Shown here: piece by piece, positions 47,784-56,875 of the stretch
Layout: every line of letters begins with the position of its first letter
How positions within the stretch are numbered: position 1 is the first letter of the stretch
NCBI GenBank assembly: GCA_965228855.1
Contig: CBDDIJ010000002.1
Coordinates: 1,856,001-1,920,000 of the forward strand
Direction: 5' to 3'
Length of the DNA stretch: 64,000 nucleotides
Source of the DNA: Candidatus Obscuribacterales bacterium
GTDB taxonomy: Bacteria; Cyanobacteriota; Vampirovibrionia; Obscuribacterales; Obscuribacteraceae
Notes under the pieces: generated by a model
Database searches by the model: none
Seen by the model: only the letters and a program-made list of their open reading frames with translations
Told to the model about the DNA's origin: nothing
Position numbers and translations under genes: made by a program

Positions 47784-50105
47784 TTACTCATCGTTTGTGA
47801 GCGCCTTGCTGCTGAGATCCATTTGCGTTCCGTCGAGGAGGGCGGGCGCATCATTGATTTGGCTCGGCGACACCTGGTCTTTGTCGACTTCGATGCTCAG
47901 ACCTGGGCGCCCTTTGAATATTCGGAGTTCCTTGAGTCCAATGTTTTCATTCTCCGCGACATCCAATAGCTGCAATGTGTTCAAAGACGCGAGCTCAGTA
48001 AGCGCCGAGCGAGTGAGCTTATTTCCGTTGACCCAGAGTTTTCGCAACAGAGATAGTTTTTTCAGAGTGGCGTAACTGCTCGGTTCAAAAGGGCCACAAT
48101 GAGCGATGCTCAAATCATAGAGAGTGGAAATTCCGGAAATCTTGACGAGATCATCATCGTCGATGCCGGTCTCATCCAGATGCAAAACGGCTAAGGCTGG
48201 CAGTTTCACGATTCTGTCGATCATGTTGTGTGAAACTTTGCTCGCTGATATTTCGAGATGAACAAGTGATTTCATGCTCGTGATTTGTTGCACGGCCTGC
48301 TCGTCGAGCTTGCCTTCTCGGATCTCCAGATGCGTCAGTCTGGGATTGTCGACAGTTTTAATAGCCTCATTTGAACCGGCGACGTTATTGAGCCGCAGCG
48401 AAATCAGGCGTTTGAGCGAGACCAGGCGTTTGAGGTTGGGAAGCGAAATTTTACACTGGCGTAAGTTCAGATCGGTGATAGTTTTATGTTCTTCAATGAT
48501 GTGCGTCATCGCATCGTCAACATTCGAAAGGTTGATTTTCAGAAACGTGACCTGTGGATAATTTTCAAGGGCATCGTCGAGTTCCTCCGCAGTGGTCACG
48601 CTATGCGCGACGGCGAGCTTGTCGGAGTGGACTGTCCTACCTGTAATTGTGAAGGTGGGATTGAAGGTTTTGTCATCGGTCAGAGTATCGAACGGACCAT
48701 AAATCGATTTGGCGGACTCAACTTCGTCCGGATTTAAAAAGGTCTTCTCTTTCTTTGCTTTGGCCTTCTTTATCTCGATTGACTTGCGCTCTTCTTCCTG
48801 TTTCATCGACTGCATTTGAACAGTTGCGATCCATAGAATCGCTCCCAGTACTGCCACCACCAGCAGTGTTGGAGTCCAGTTGCGCGACGGGCTCGTGACG
48901 TCCGGTTCGACAGGCCTGTTGTCCTGTTGTTTCGATTCGCCGAGCAGGTTTTCCACTTCCAGCAAAACCTCTTGAACTACATTCATATCCTGAAACCGAT
49001 CCGCCGGGTCCTTTTCCAGGCAATTCGCTACAAGCGCTTCGGTTTCGTTTAAAAACACTTTGGCGCTGCGCTCGCGCAGCATCGGAGCGCGATTATGCGC
49101 ATGCATATTAATCGTTTCCATCACGCTTCTTCCGAGGAAAGGCACCTCGCCGGTAAGTGCTTCAAACAGAAGGCATCCGAAAGAATAGATTTCGGAGCGC
49201 TGATCGTAGCGAAGACCGTTGGCAATGTCGGGTGACATGTACGCCGGCGTACCGGCTAATGTGTTGCCCTGCTGCGCCATATCTTCGCCCGGCTTTTCGA
49301 CCTGCGCGACTCCGAAGTCAATGAGCTTGGCGTCGATAATTTGATCTTGTTCGGTTTGGATAAGCAGGTTGGATGCACTGATATCGCGGTGGAATATGTT
49401 CAGCGAGTGGGCCAACGCAAGTCCCTCCGCGATGGCTGCGAAGATCCGCATAGCAACTAATTCGTCGAGAGGTCCATGGTCATGAATGTAGTCCGCTAGT
49501 GTCACGCCCGGAAAGTATTCGAGCACCATATACGGTGTCCCGGAAGGTGTCGGACCGAAATCCAGAAGTTCGATAATGGCCGGATGGCTGAGGTTTGCCA
49601 GGGCGCGAGCTTCTGATTGAAACCCGATGAGCTGCTCTGCTGTCAGTTCGTGAAGTACCTTGACGGCCACCAGTTTAAACAGCAGGCGATCGCGTGCCAG
49701 GTACACCTCTCCGGCACCGCCCTTGCCCACCTTCTTTAGAGGTTTGTATCTGCCTGTAGGAAAGCGACTTCCGTCAATTGCCAACTCTACTTCATCAACC
49801 GGTTCCACTGTTTCAGTCGCGGGTCGCGATGCTGCTGCCAGTGTTTTTCGAGCAGATGAGTCGCCTCCGCATCTGCAAATGGCTTCGGACATAATCCACT
49901 GGGTGAGCGAGCCTTTACGCTCTTCTACGATCTTCTTTCCGCATGTCGAACACAGGACGACATCCTGGGTCGACTCGACAGCAGAGGTGTCAACATCGCA
50001 ATTGCATGCGCTGGGACTTAATATCCATTGCGTCAGAGACGCGTCCTTTTTTTGACGTCGTGACCGTCCGCAAATGTTACAGGTCTCGAGTTTACTGATA
50101 GTTAT
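47784..50105 (-). CDS. Hanks-type Ser/Thr kinase-TM-LRR protein with Cys-rich N-terminus (first ATG at 49892; homologous frame continues to about 50105)
   Basis: GKGGAG, VAVK, HRDISASN, DFG, GTPAYMSPD, TM and LRRs. The in-frame upstream sequence reads CNICG..ASLTQWI..CNC..CSTCG..GSLTQWI, matching the paralog at 29739. Confidence 0.88.
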   Translation of the reverse strand: MTISKLETCNICGRSRRQKKDASLTQWILSPSACNCDVDTSAVESTQDVVLCSTCGKKIVEERKGSLTQWIMSEAICRCGGDSSARKTLAAASRPATETVEPVDEVELAIDGSRFPTGRYKPLKKVGKGGAGEVYLARDRLLFKLVAVKVLHELTAEQLIGFQSEARALANLSHPAIIELLDFGPTPSGTPYMVLEYFPGVTLADYIHDHGPLDELVAMRIFAAIAEGLALAHSLNIFHRDISASNLLIQTEQDQIIDAKLIDFGVAQVEKPGEDMAQQGNTLAGTPAYMSPDIANGLRYDQRSEIYSFGCLLFEALTGEVPFLGRSVMETINMHAHNRAPMLRERSAKVFLNETEALVANCLEKDPADRFQDMNVVQEVLLEVENLLGESKQQDNRPVEPDVTSPSRNWTPTLLVVAVLGAILWIATVQMQSMKQEEERKSIEIKKAKAKKEKTFLNPDEVESAKSIYGPFDTLTDDKTFNPTFTITGRTVHSDKLAVAHSVTTAEELDDALENYPQVTFLKINLSNVDDAMTHIIEEHKTITDLNLRQCKISLPNLKRLVSLKRLISLRLNNVAGSNEAIKTVDNPRLTHLEIREGKLDEQAVQQITSMKSLVHLEISASKVSHNMIDRIVKLPALAVLHLDETGIDDDDLVKISGISTLYDLSIAHCGPFEPSSYATLKKLSLLRKLWVNGNKLTRSALTELASLNTLQLLDVAENENIGLKELRIFKGRPGLSIEVDKDQVSPSQINDAPALLDGTQMDLSSKALTNDE

Positions 50106-50120
50106 TCGACTTGCTCGGGT

Positions 50121-50660
50121 TTAGTAGTTCTTCTGGCTGGTGCCGCTTGAATAGCTTGCTGCGCCGCCACTGAAATTGACGTTGACGTTGGCGTTGGTAT
50201 TACCGTAATTTGCTGCGCCGCCATTTTGCCCAGGCACATAGAAGTAGCCCTGTTGTTGCTGCTGCTGCTGCTGAACGGGTCTGCGTTGGCCGCCCTGCTG
50301 ACCCCCCACCGTAATGGTTTTCTGAGGAGTGACCGCGTACGTCGGCACTGCAGTTTTGAATTTGTCAGGCGCTCCACCGAGGTAGAAGTTGTCGCCGGAA
50401 GTTCCGACGGTTCTTCCCCACGAGACGCCGGGTAGTAACTGGTTGGCCTTCTGACCTACGCCTCCGGTAATAACACCTTTGGCGGTGTTGTTGATGGCGC
50501 CCGTCGGAATGTAAGTGGACTCGTGCTGGACGTAACCGACAGAGGATTGGTTGACGACTCTGGAGTTGCCGTAATTGTAATGATAATTCTGAGCGTTTGC
50601 CGGAAGGACGGCGGCGCAGAGGGTTATGACGGAAAAAGCAACTTTGCTGATATTTCTCAT
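50121..50660 (-). CDS. Secreted Gly/Asn/Gln-rich hypothetical protein
   Basis: Signal peptide MRNISKVAFSVITLCAAVLPANA-Q and a poly-Gln tract. Confidence 0.7.
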   Translation of the reverse strand: MRNISKVAFSVITLCAAVLPANAQNYHYNYGNSRVVNQSSVGYVQHESTYIPTGAINNTAKGVITGGVGQKANQLLPGVSWGRTVGTSGDNFYLGGAPDKFKTAVPTYAVTPQKTITVGGQQGGQRRPVQQQQQQQQGYFYVPGQNGGAANYGNTNANVNVNFSGGAASYSSGTSQKNY

Positions 50661-51051
50661 GGCGACTCACAAACAACGTTGGGATGGGGTCACAGGGTCA
50701 ATATACCCGTGGACGATGGGCTGCCTAACGACGTTTTGATATTTGCGGACTAGTAAAGGTGAACGTCAGTTTAAGAATACCATGATGTCAAGAATGTGCA
50801 AGTCTATTTAACCAAACCAAATGCGCTGCCGGTGCCACATTCCGTTTCCTCAGGGTTTCGGAACTACCTCTTTTCAGTGTCGTCAACTGAACCGTCGGAA
50901 ATTCTGATTTCTTCTCCCTTGTAAAGAAACCTCCGGCGAAGGCTGTATTTATTGCGTTAATTACAATCCGATCATGCCAGAAACTGGCATTCAACGCACA
51001 ATAAGGAACGCTTGAGTTTGCAGACGTTAGTGTCAGTGGGATTCTTGATTA

Positions 51052-52662
51052 ATGACCGTTTTAAAACGAAGTGGTAATACCTGGGCCGGCGAGCGTCGCC
51101 ATAGGCTGACAGGATTGCTGTATCGAACAGCGTTCGCCTCTTTGCTCGCGACGAGCATTCCAGCGCTGTTGTCATCTTCGGCGCTGGCCGCGCCTATAAA
51201 AATCAATGGTGCATTCACTGAACACATGGTGGTGCAGTCCGGTCAGCCAGTGATCGTTTATGGAACCGCAACGCCTGGCGAACCAATTGGCGTTAAGCTC
51301 GCGGAAAGGAAAGCTGTTGCGATAACGAATGAAAAGGGTGACTGGGCGGCCACTCTGGAGGCGATTCCTGCTGGCGGCCCATATGAACTTCAAGTTGTCG
51401 GTGCCCAAGAAAAGCTTGTTGTGAACGATGTTATGTCTGGCGAAGTCTGGCTTTGCAGCGGGCAGTCCAATATGTTGATGAGTCTGAAACAGGCTGGATT
51501 GGAAGCGAAGACGAATGAAATTTCAACCGGCGATTCATCGATCCGTCTGTTGAAAGTCGGTTTCGGACTCGCGAAGTCGCCCCAGAAGAAGCTGGATGCC
51601 AAATGGGTCATTCTCGATAGAGAGAACGCGGGCGATTGCGCCGCAATTCCGTTTGTATTTGCAACCGAGTTGCGGAAAAAACTGAATACACCAATAGGCA
51701 TAATTGTTTCAGCCTCTGATGGAGCGCGATGCGACTCCTGGATAAGCACGGGTGGCTTGAACAAAACTGCGGAGGGCAGATCGAAGCTTGCCGGTTTTGA
51801 AGAGCAATACAATGCCTATCTGGCGTTCCGCGAGCAAAAGATGAGCAACCAGGACGAGAAGACAAGTGATGTCGAGTGCTGGGAACGTGAAGCCGACGCG
51901 GTTTTCCGAAATGGGGCGACGGCGGTTCCTGCTCCTCCTGGAGCAGCTCTCTACAACGCTATGATTGCGCCGCTGGTGCCGTATACCCTCCGTGGCGTGC
52001 TCTGGTATCAGGGCGAAGTCAACATCACGCGTCCTGAGACCTACGAAAAATACTTCACGCTACTAATGCACGATTGGCGGCGTAAATGGAAAAAGCCTCA
52101 CTTGCCGTTTTTATTTGTGCAGCTTCCTCCGGTTGGAGAAAGGCTTGAGACTCCCGCTTCGGTCAGTAAGGCTGCGCGACTTCGAGACGCGCAAACCAAA
52201 GCAAGTCTTCTTCCCTACACTTATATGGTTAGCGCCGTCGATACGATCAACAAATCGCCGGCTGAATGGCATGGCTCAGATAAACAAGTGATTGGAAAAC
52301 GTCTAGCCCAAATGGCTTTGTCCACTCAATACAAAAAGCCGATGCCTTTTAAGGGACCATCGATGGAAGCGGTGATGCTTGAAGGAAGTAAAGTGCGCGT
52401 TCAGTTTCGAAATGCGACTCACGGTCTGACAATGAAAGGTGACGTCTTAAAAGGTTTTGCGATAGCGGGTGACGATAAGAAGCTGGTGTGGGCTTCGTCT
52501 CAGATTGACGGCGATAGCGTGCTGGTCTGGAGCAATCTGGTATCTAAACCCAGTCTGGTCACATACGCCTGGGCTGATAATCCGGACGGCAATCTTTATA
52601 ACGGTGACGACTTGCCTGCCATCCCGTTTCGTTCTCAAGTGACTCACGGCAACATTCAGTAA
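51052..52662 (+). CDS. Sialate O-acetylesterase family (SASA) protein
   Basis: HMVVQ, GEVWLCSGQSNM, LYNAMIAPL..GVLWYQGE, PFLFVQLP, YAWADNP..NLYN; signal-like N-terminus. Confidence 0.88.
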   Translation: MTVLKRSGNTWAGERRHRLTGLLYRTAFASLLATSIPALLSSSALAAPIKINGAFTEHMVVQSGQPVIVYGTATPGEPIGVKLAERKAVAITNEKGDWAATLEAIPAGGPYELQVVGAQEKLVVNDVMSGEVWLCSGQSNMLMSLKQAGLEAKTNEISTGDSSIRLLKVGFGLAKSPQKKLDAKWVILDRENAGDCAAIPFVFATELRKKLNTPIGIIVSASDGARCDSWISTGGLNKTAEGRSKLAGFEEQYNAYLAFREQKMSNQDEKTSDVECWEREADAVFRNGATAVPAPPGAALYNAMIAPLVPYTLRGVLWYQGEVNITRPETYEKYFTLLMHDWRRKWKKPHLPFLFVQLPPVGERLETPASVSKAARLRDAQTKASLLPYTYMVSAVDTINKSPAEWHGSDKQVIGKRLAQMALSTQYKKPMPFKGPSMEAVMLEGSKVRVQFRNATHGLTMKGDVLKGFAIAGDDKKLVWASSQIDGDSVLVWSNLVSKPSLVTYAWADNPDGNLYNGDDLPAIPFRSQVTHGNIQ

Positions 52663-53125
52663 ACAAAAATCGTCTGATACCAATGGCGGTGGTAGGTAAA
52701 ATATCCGTGGTATCGCTGGCGGTTCTTTACTGGATATGATCTATATAGAGCGGTCGCCTATCGATTACAAAAGTGACTCTATAAGTAGTGGCATTTACGA
52801 TCGATTGAAACCCGGCATGGGTGCCTTGTTTGTCCGATAAATGAACTTGGCCGTAATGGGTGTGAATTCCTGACATGGGGTTGCCATGAAGTCCGTCGCT
52901 GGCAGGTTTTGCAGATTCGGCTCGGAGATATTTTGGGTGACTGACTCTTAAGATGTTAACGTTATTTAATGAGCGCTATTTACCGTGCTGGAGCCGCTTT
53001 TGCGGATTACTATATGGTTCACACTAAAAACGATGTTTTACACTTACATCGGGCTGGAATATTTAGGCTATGATTCCAGCGTTAGACACCGTTAGATTAG
53101 GTCATTGCAAGGGAGTGATTACTAT

Positions 53126-53689
53126 ATGAAAAAGGGGTTTGCAACCTTTCTCACCGCGCTAGCAGCCGTGGGTGCGAGCACCTTTGTTAGCGTTGATGCA
53201 GCTCACGCTCAAGGCGCCAACAATGTCAGTGAATTGACGGATGTTGTCGGCAACGAGTGGGCTTACAATGCTTTGAAAGAACTCGTTAACCATCCGTGTC
53301 ACATATTAGTAGGTTATCCGGATCGTACTTTCCGTGGTCAGAAATCTGCCACACGTTTCGAATTGGCAGCCGCACTATATAAGTACGAACAATGCATCGT
53401 AGAGCGTCTTAACCAGAAAGCTGATAAAGCTGACTTGGAAAAGTTCGCAGCGTTGCTTGAAGAGTTCCGCGGAGAACTCAACCAGCTGAAAGCACGTGTG
53501 ACGGATCTCGAAAGACGTATGAAGCTTGTCGAAGACAAGAACGTTGAACAAGATATGCGCCTTGCTTACGCAGAGCGTCAAAAAGGCTTCCTCTGGGAGC
53601 GTGTAGTTAAGGGTACCTTCATCGACGTTCGTGACGTCGGCGTAGGTGTCGGACGTGGCGCACGCGCCATCTACGAATACTTGTTCTAA
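53126..53689 (+). CDS. SLH-domain + coiled-coil protein resembling the cyanobacterial porin N-terminus without the beta-barrel
   Basis: Signal peptide; TDVVGNEWAYNAL..GYPDRTFRG...TRFELAAAL; LEEFRGELNQLKARVTDLE; GGGAG RBS and terminator. Confidence 0.85.
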   Translation: MKKGFATFLTALAAVGASTFVSVDAAHAQGANNVSELTDVVGNEWAYNALKELVNHPCHILVGYPDRTFRGQKSATRFELAAALYKYEQCIVERLNQKADKADLEKFAALLEEFRGELNQLKARVTDLERRMKLVEDKNVEQDMRLAYAERQKGFLWERVVKGTFIDVRDVGVGVGRGARAIYEYLF

Positions 53690-53744
53690 ATTGAAGCTCG
53701 GGTTTACCCAGCCAAATTCTTGGACCTAACCTGATCTACGTGTC

Positions 53745-53778
53745 AACTCCCGTTGGCGATTTCTCCAACGGGAGTTTT
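53745..53778 (+). terminator. Intrinsic terminator
   Basis: AACTCCCGTTGG / CCAACGGGAGTT followed by TT. Confidence 0.8.
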
Positions 53779-53975
53779 GCATGAGCATTTGCAAGCTCTT
53801 TCGGTTTGCAAATGTATTGCATTTGTTGGCACGTAGATCAAACAAGTTTCTCCAGGCGTGCCGTTTACGCTGCATCGCGGATTCGGCTGACGCACCAACC
53901 TTCAGGGGCACCGATACCCTGCGGCGTGCGATAATTTGGGCTGTGTTCGATTCGAGTTAATAGGTCCCACTGATC

Positions 53976-54800
53976 ATGACTAAAGAACTGGTCCTGGCTT
54001 CGGCTTTTCGTGCGGAATTGGTATTCGCGCTCGACCTCATTGAGGAAGCAGGGCGACGGGCAGTCAAATATTTCGAGTCGGGTGTATCCGTCGATGCGAA
54101 AGAAGATGGCAGTCCGGTTACCCGCGCGGACAAAGATATCGAGCACATGATCAGAGAGGCTATCGAGCAGAAGTTCCCCGATGACGGGATTCTGGGAGAG
54201 GAAGAAATCGAGAAAAAGGCCTTCCTCAAGTACCAGTCCGAGGAAGGTAACAAGGTGATGCGTCGCTGGATCGTCGATCCTATCGATGGCACCTACAATT
54301 TCGCTCGCGGAATTCCGATTTTTTCAACTCTCATTGCGTTGGAAGAAGGTGACGAAATCGTCGCGGGTGTTGTCTACAACCCTGTGCTCAAAGATCTCTA
54401 CTGGGCGGAGAAGGGAAAGGGCGCGTTTAAAAACGGGGAGCGCATTCACGTATCAGAAGTCGATACGATGTCCGAAGCTCTTTTCAATTTCGGCGGACCC
54501 GACCGCATCATGAAGTTAGGGCTTTGGGATGGTTTCAGTGAGCTTATCAAACGCACCTGCCGGCAACGAGGTTTCGGTGATTACCTTGGCTTCTCGTTCG
54601 TTTTCGAGGGTAAGGCAGAAGCCATGCTCGAGACGGGTGTCAAACCCTGGGACCTGGCTCCGATGAAAATCATTGTTGAAGAAGCTGGTGGTTCGTTTGT
54701 CGATCTTGCCGGTGGAACTTCCGTTTACCAGGGCGGCTGCATTGTCAGCAATAAGAAATTGGCGCAGGAGTTCAAGCGAATCTTGCTGCCGAATGTCTAG
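53976..54800 (+). CDS. Inositol monophosphatase family protein (HisN-type histidinol-phosphatase-like)
   Basis: KEDGSPVTRAD, ILGEE, WIVDPIDGT.NF.RG, GFGDY, PWDLA. Confidence 0.88.
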   Translation: MTKELVLASAFRAELVFALDLIEEAGRRAVKYFESGVSVDAKEDGSPVTRADKDIEHMIREAIEQKFPDDGILGEEEIEKKAFLKYQSEEGNKVMRRWIVDPIDGTYNFARGIPIFSTLIALEEGDEIVAGVVYNPVLKDLYWAEKGKGAFKNGERIHVSEVDTMSEALFNFGGPDRIMKLGLWDGFSELIKRTCRQRGFGDYLGFSFVFEGKAEAMLETGVKPWDLAPMKIIVEEAGGSFVDLAGGTSVYQGGCIVSNKKLAQEFKRILLPNV

Positions 54801-55023
54801 ACAGGTTCAGGTCGCCACCACAGGTGGTGCGGTCCGTTGAGTGTTCCCGCACGCTGATTACAAGGTTAACAACGGCCTGGTGAACCTGCGAATTTATTGC
54901 CAAGTATCTCCGATGTGCGTCGTAGGAGTACGCTTGGGGATATAAATAAAACCATGTACAATGTCATATCTCAGGGGATAGGACGGGTTCTGCGCGGATC
55001 TCGATAACGTTCTCAGGTGGCGG

Positions 55024-56199
55024 ATGATGGAAAGGACCGGCTGGTCAAAAACTATGCGTTTTCGCATGGCTCTCGCCATGAGTCTTTCGGGACTCATTCC
55101 CATTGTCGTGTGCCATCTCATTGTTTTTGGTGAAACCGGCGATATCCTGGGTAGCCTGGCAAGGTTGGCTCCCTGGTACATCCCACTGATTTTACTCTTA
55201 CTTGGCGTCAACTGGTTTCTCGCCGAAGTCATTCTCAAGCCCATCAGTCGCTTGCTGCAATCCACCACTCAGTTGGCGACGATGGATATTCGCAGACGGC
55301 TGGAAGTTGATGCCAACGAACCTTCGGAAACGCTGGAGTTACGCAAGTCGTTCAATAAATTGCTCAACCGTTTGGAAGAGTCATTAAACATCCAGTGTCA
55401 GTTTGTCGCTGACGCTTCGCATGAACTCCGCACGCCACTGACGTCCATTCAGGGTTATACGAAACTGCTGCTCCGCCGGGGCTCGAATATTGACGCTAAC
55501 CTGCTCGGTGAAGCGCTTCAAACAGTTTCCGACGAATCCGGCCGGCTGATTCGTCTCGTTTCTGATTTGCTGCAGTTGGCGCGTGCTGATGCTGGACAAG
55601 CAATCATCAGTCAACTTGAGTTTATCGATCTACGCGACGTCGTCGGCAGTGTTGAAGACACTGTTGTAATGGTTGCGCCTGAACAAATCGAAGTGCAATT
55701 CATCATGCCGCAGTCGCCGATTATGGTGAACGCTGACGCCGACAGGCTTAAACAGGTTTTCCTCAATCTCTCGAACAACGCCATCAAAGCTACACAGGCT
55801 GGAGGCAAGGTCACGGTAACGGTGCGGTCCAGCGGCGACCAGGCAATCGTTCGCGTGATTGATACCGGAATTGGTATCGCGCCTGCAGACCAACAGCGCA
55901 TCTTCGATCGTTTTTATCGTGTTGAGAGAAGCCGCACTCGAAGTCGCCTGTACGGCGGCGGCTCCGGTCTGGGCCTGGCAATTGCACTGACAATAATCAA
56001 AGCTCACGGCGGCAGTATTGACCTGGAGAGTGAGCTGAATAAAGGCTCGACGTTTACCGTTCGGCTTCCGATTGCCAAGAAGGGTGAGGAGAGCAAGGCG
56101 ATTTTGCCACCACCGGCGGCGCCATCGGAAGAGCCAAAGGAGGACCGTGGTTCGAGCGGTTCCAGCGGAGGCGGCGGTCCCATAGGTGAACCTGCGTAA
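55024..56199 (+). CDS. HAMP-domain sensor histidine kinase
   Basis: Two TMs, HAMP, H-box ASHELRTPLT, N-box NLSNNAIK, DTGIG, IFDRFYR, GSGLGL. Confidence 0.95.
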   Translation: MMERTGWSKTMRFRMALAMSLSGLIPIVVCHLIVFGETGDILGSLARLAPWYIPLILLLLGVNWFLAEVILKPISRLLQSTTQLATMDIRRRLEVDANEPSETLELRKSFNKLLNRLEESLNIQCQFVADASHELRTPLTSIQGYTKLLLRRGSNIDANLLGEALQTVSDESGRLIRLVSDLLQLARADAGQAIISQLEFIDLRDVVGSVEDTVVMVAPEQIEVQFIMPQSPIMVNADADRLKQVFLNLSNNAIKATQAGGKVTVTVRSSGDQAIVRVIDTGIGIAPADQQRIFDRFYRVERSRTRSRLYGGGSGLGLAIALTIIKAHGGSIDLESELNKGSTFTVRLPIAKKGEESKAILPPPAAPSEEPKEDRGSSGSSGGGGPIGEPA

Positions 56200-56216
56200 C
56201 TCGTTTATGAGCCGGC

Positions 56217-56762
56217 TCAGTTAGTATTGGAGGCTTTGGAACTCAGCTGTGTCGCTTGCTGTTTCTCGGCATGAGCTTTCACATACTCCAGTCGTTTTTC
56301 CATGCCCTTCTTCGTGATGCTTCTCAGAACTTTGTTTTTGAATGGCGCGGCCAACCAGGTGTCGATGTCGGTGATCAGACGAACGGTCGTACCTTTGCCA
56401 TCCTTGCTGTCTTCCAGAATCCAGGACCCTTCGAACTTGTTGAGTAGCTTAGATTCGTTCAACTTATAATCGATTCGGTTTTCCTGAACTTTGGTTGTTT
56501 CAGTGTAATCCAGGGTAGTGTTGCCTACGATGGGCAGGCTGCAGAAGTGCTCTTTCATTGTGACCGAATTCGCCTTCTCATTAATGCGTTTCTTTTGAAA
56601 ACCTTTTTCGTCTTTCTGATACTGCTTCAGCGCGCTCCAAACGGCGTCTTTTTCAGCGTCAACGTTTATCGAATCCTCGACGCGGACGCTTGCCAGGGCT
56701 GGAAGTTGCATAACAGAAAGGGCTACCAATGCCAGTGCCGACGCGAAACGAACAACTCTCAT
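56217..56762 (-). CDS. Exported SRPBCC/START-like domain protein
   Basis: GGAGG RBS; signal peptide; INVDAEKDAVWSAL..Y and KFEGSWIL....GTTVRL. Confidence 0.7.
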   Translation of the reverse strand: MRVVRFASALALVALSVMQLPALASVRVEDSINVDAEKDAVWSALKQYQKDEKGFQKKRINEKANSVTMKEHFCSLPIVGNTTLDYTETTKVQENRIDYKLNESKLLNKFEGSWILEDSKDGKGTTVRLITDIDTWLAAPFKNKVLRSITKKGMEKRLEYVKAHAEKQQATQLSSKASNTN

Positions 56763-56875
56763 CAAATCCTCCAAACAACCAAAAGATTTCCAACCCACAG
56801 GGGATTCGTTCGTAACGAGTTTCTCCCCTCTAAATAGCACAAGTCTTTCAAAACAAGCTCATACAAATCCTCGTG

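Noticed and set aside
54879..56196. 12-bp direct repeat GGTGAACCTGCG flanking the histidine kinase as att sites or target duplication
   Set aside because: It is short, one copy is coding sequence, no recombinase is nearby, and chance occurrence is plausible in 64 kb.
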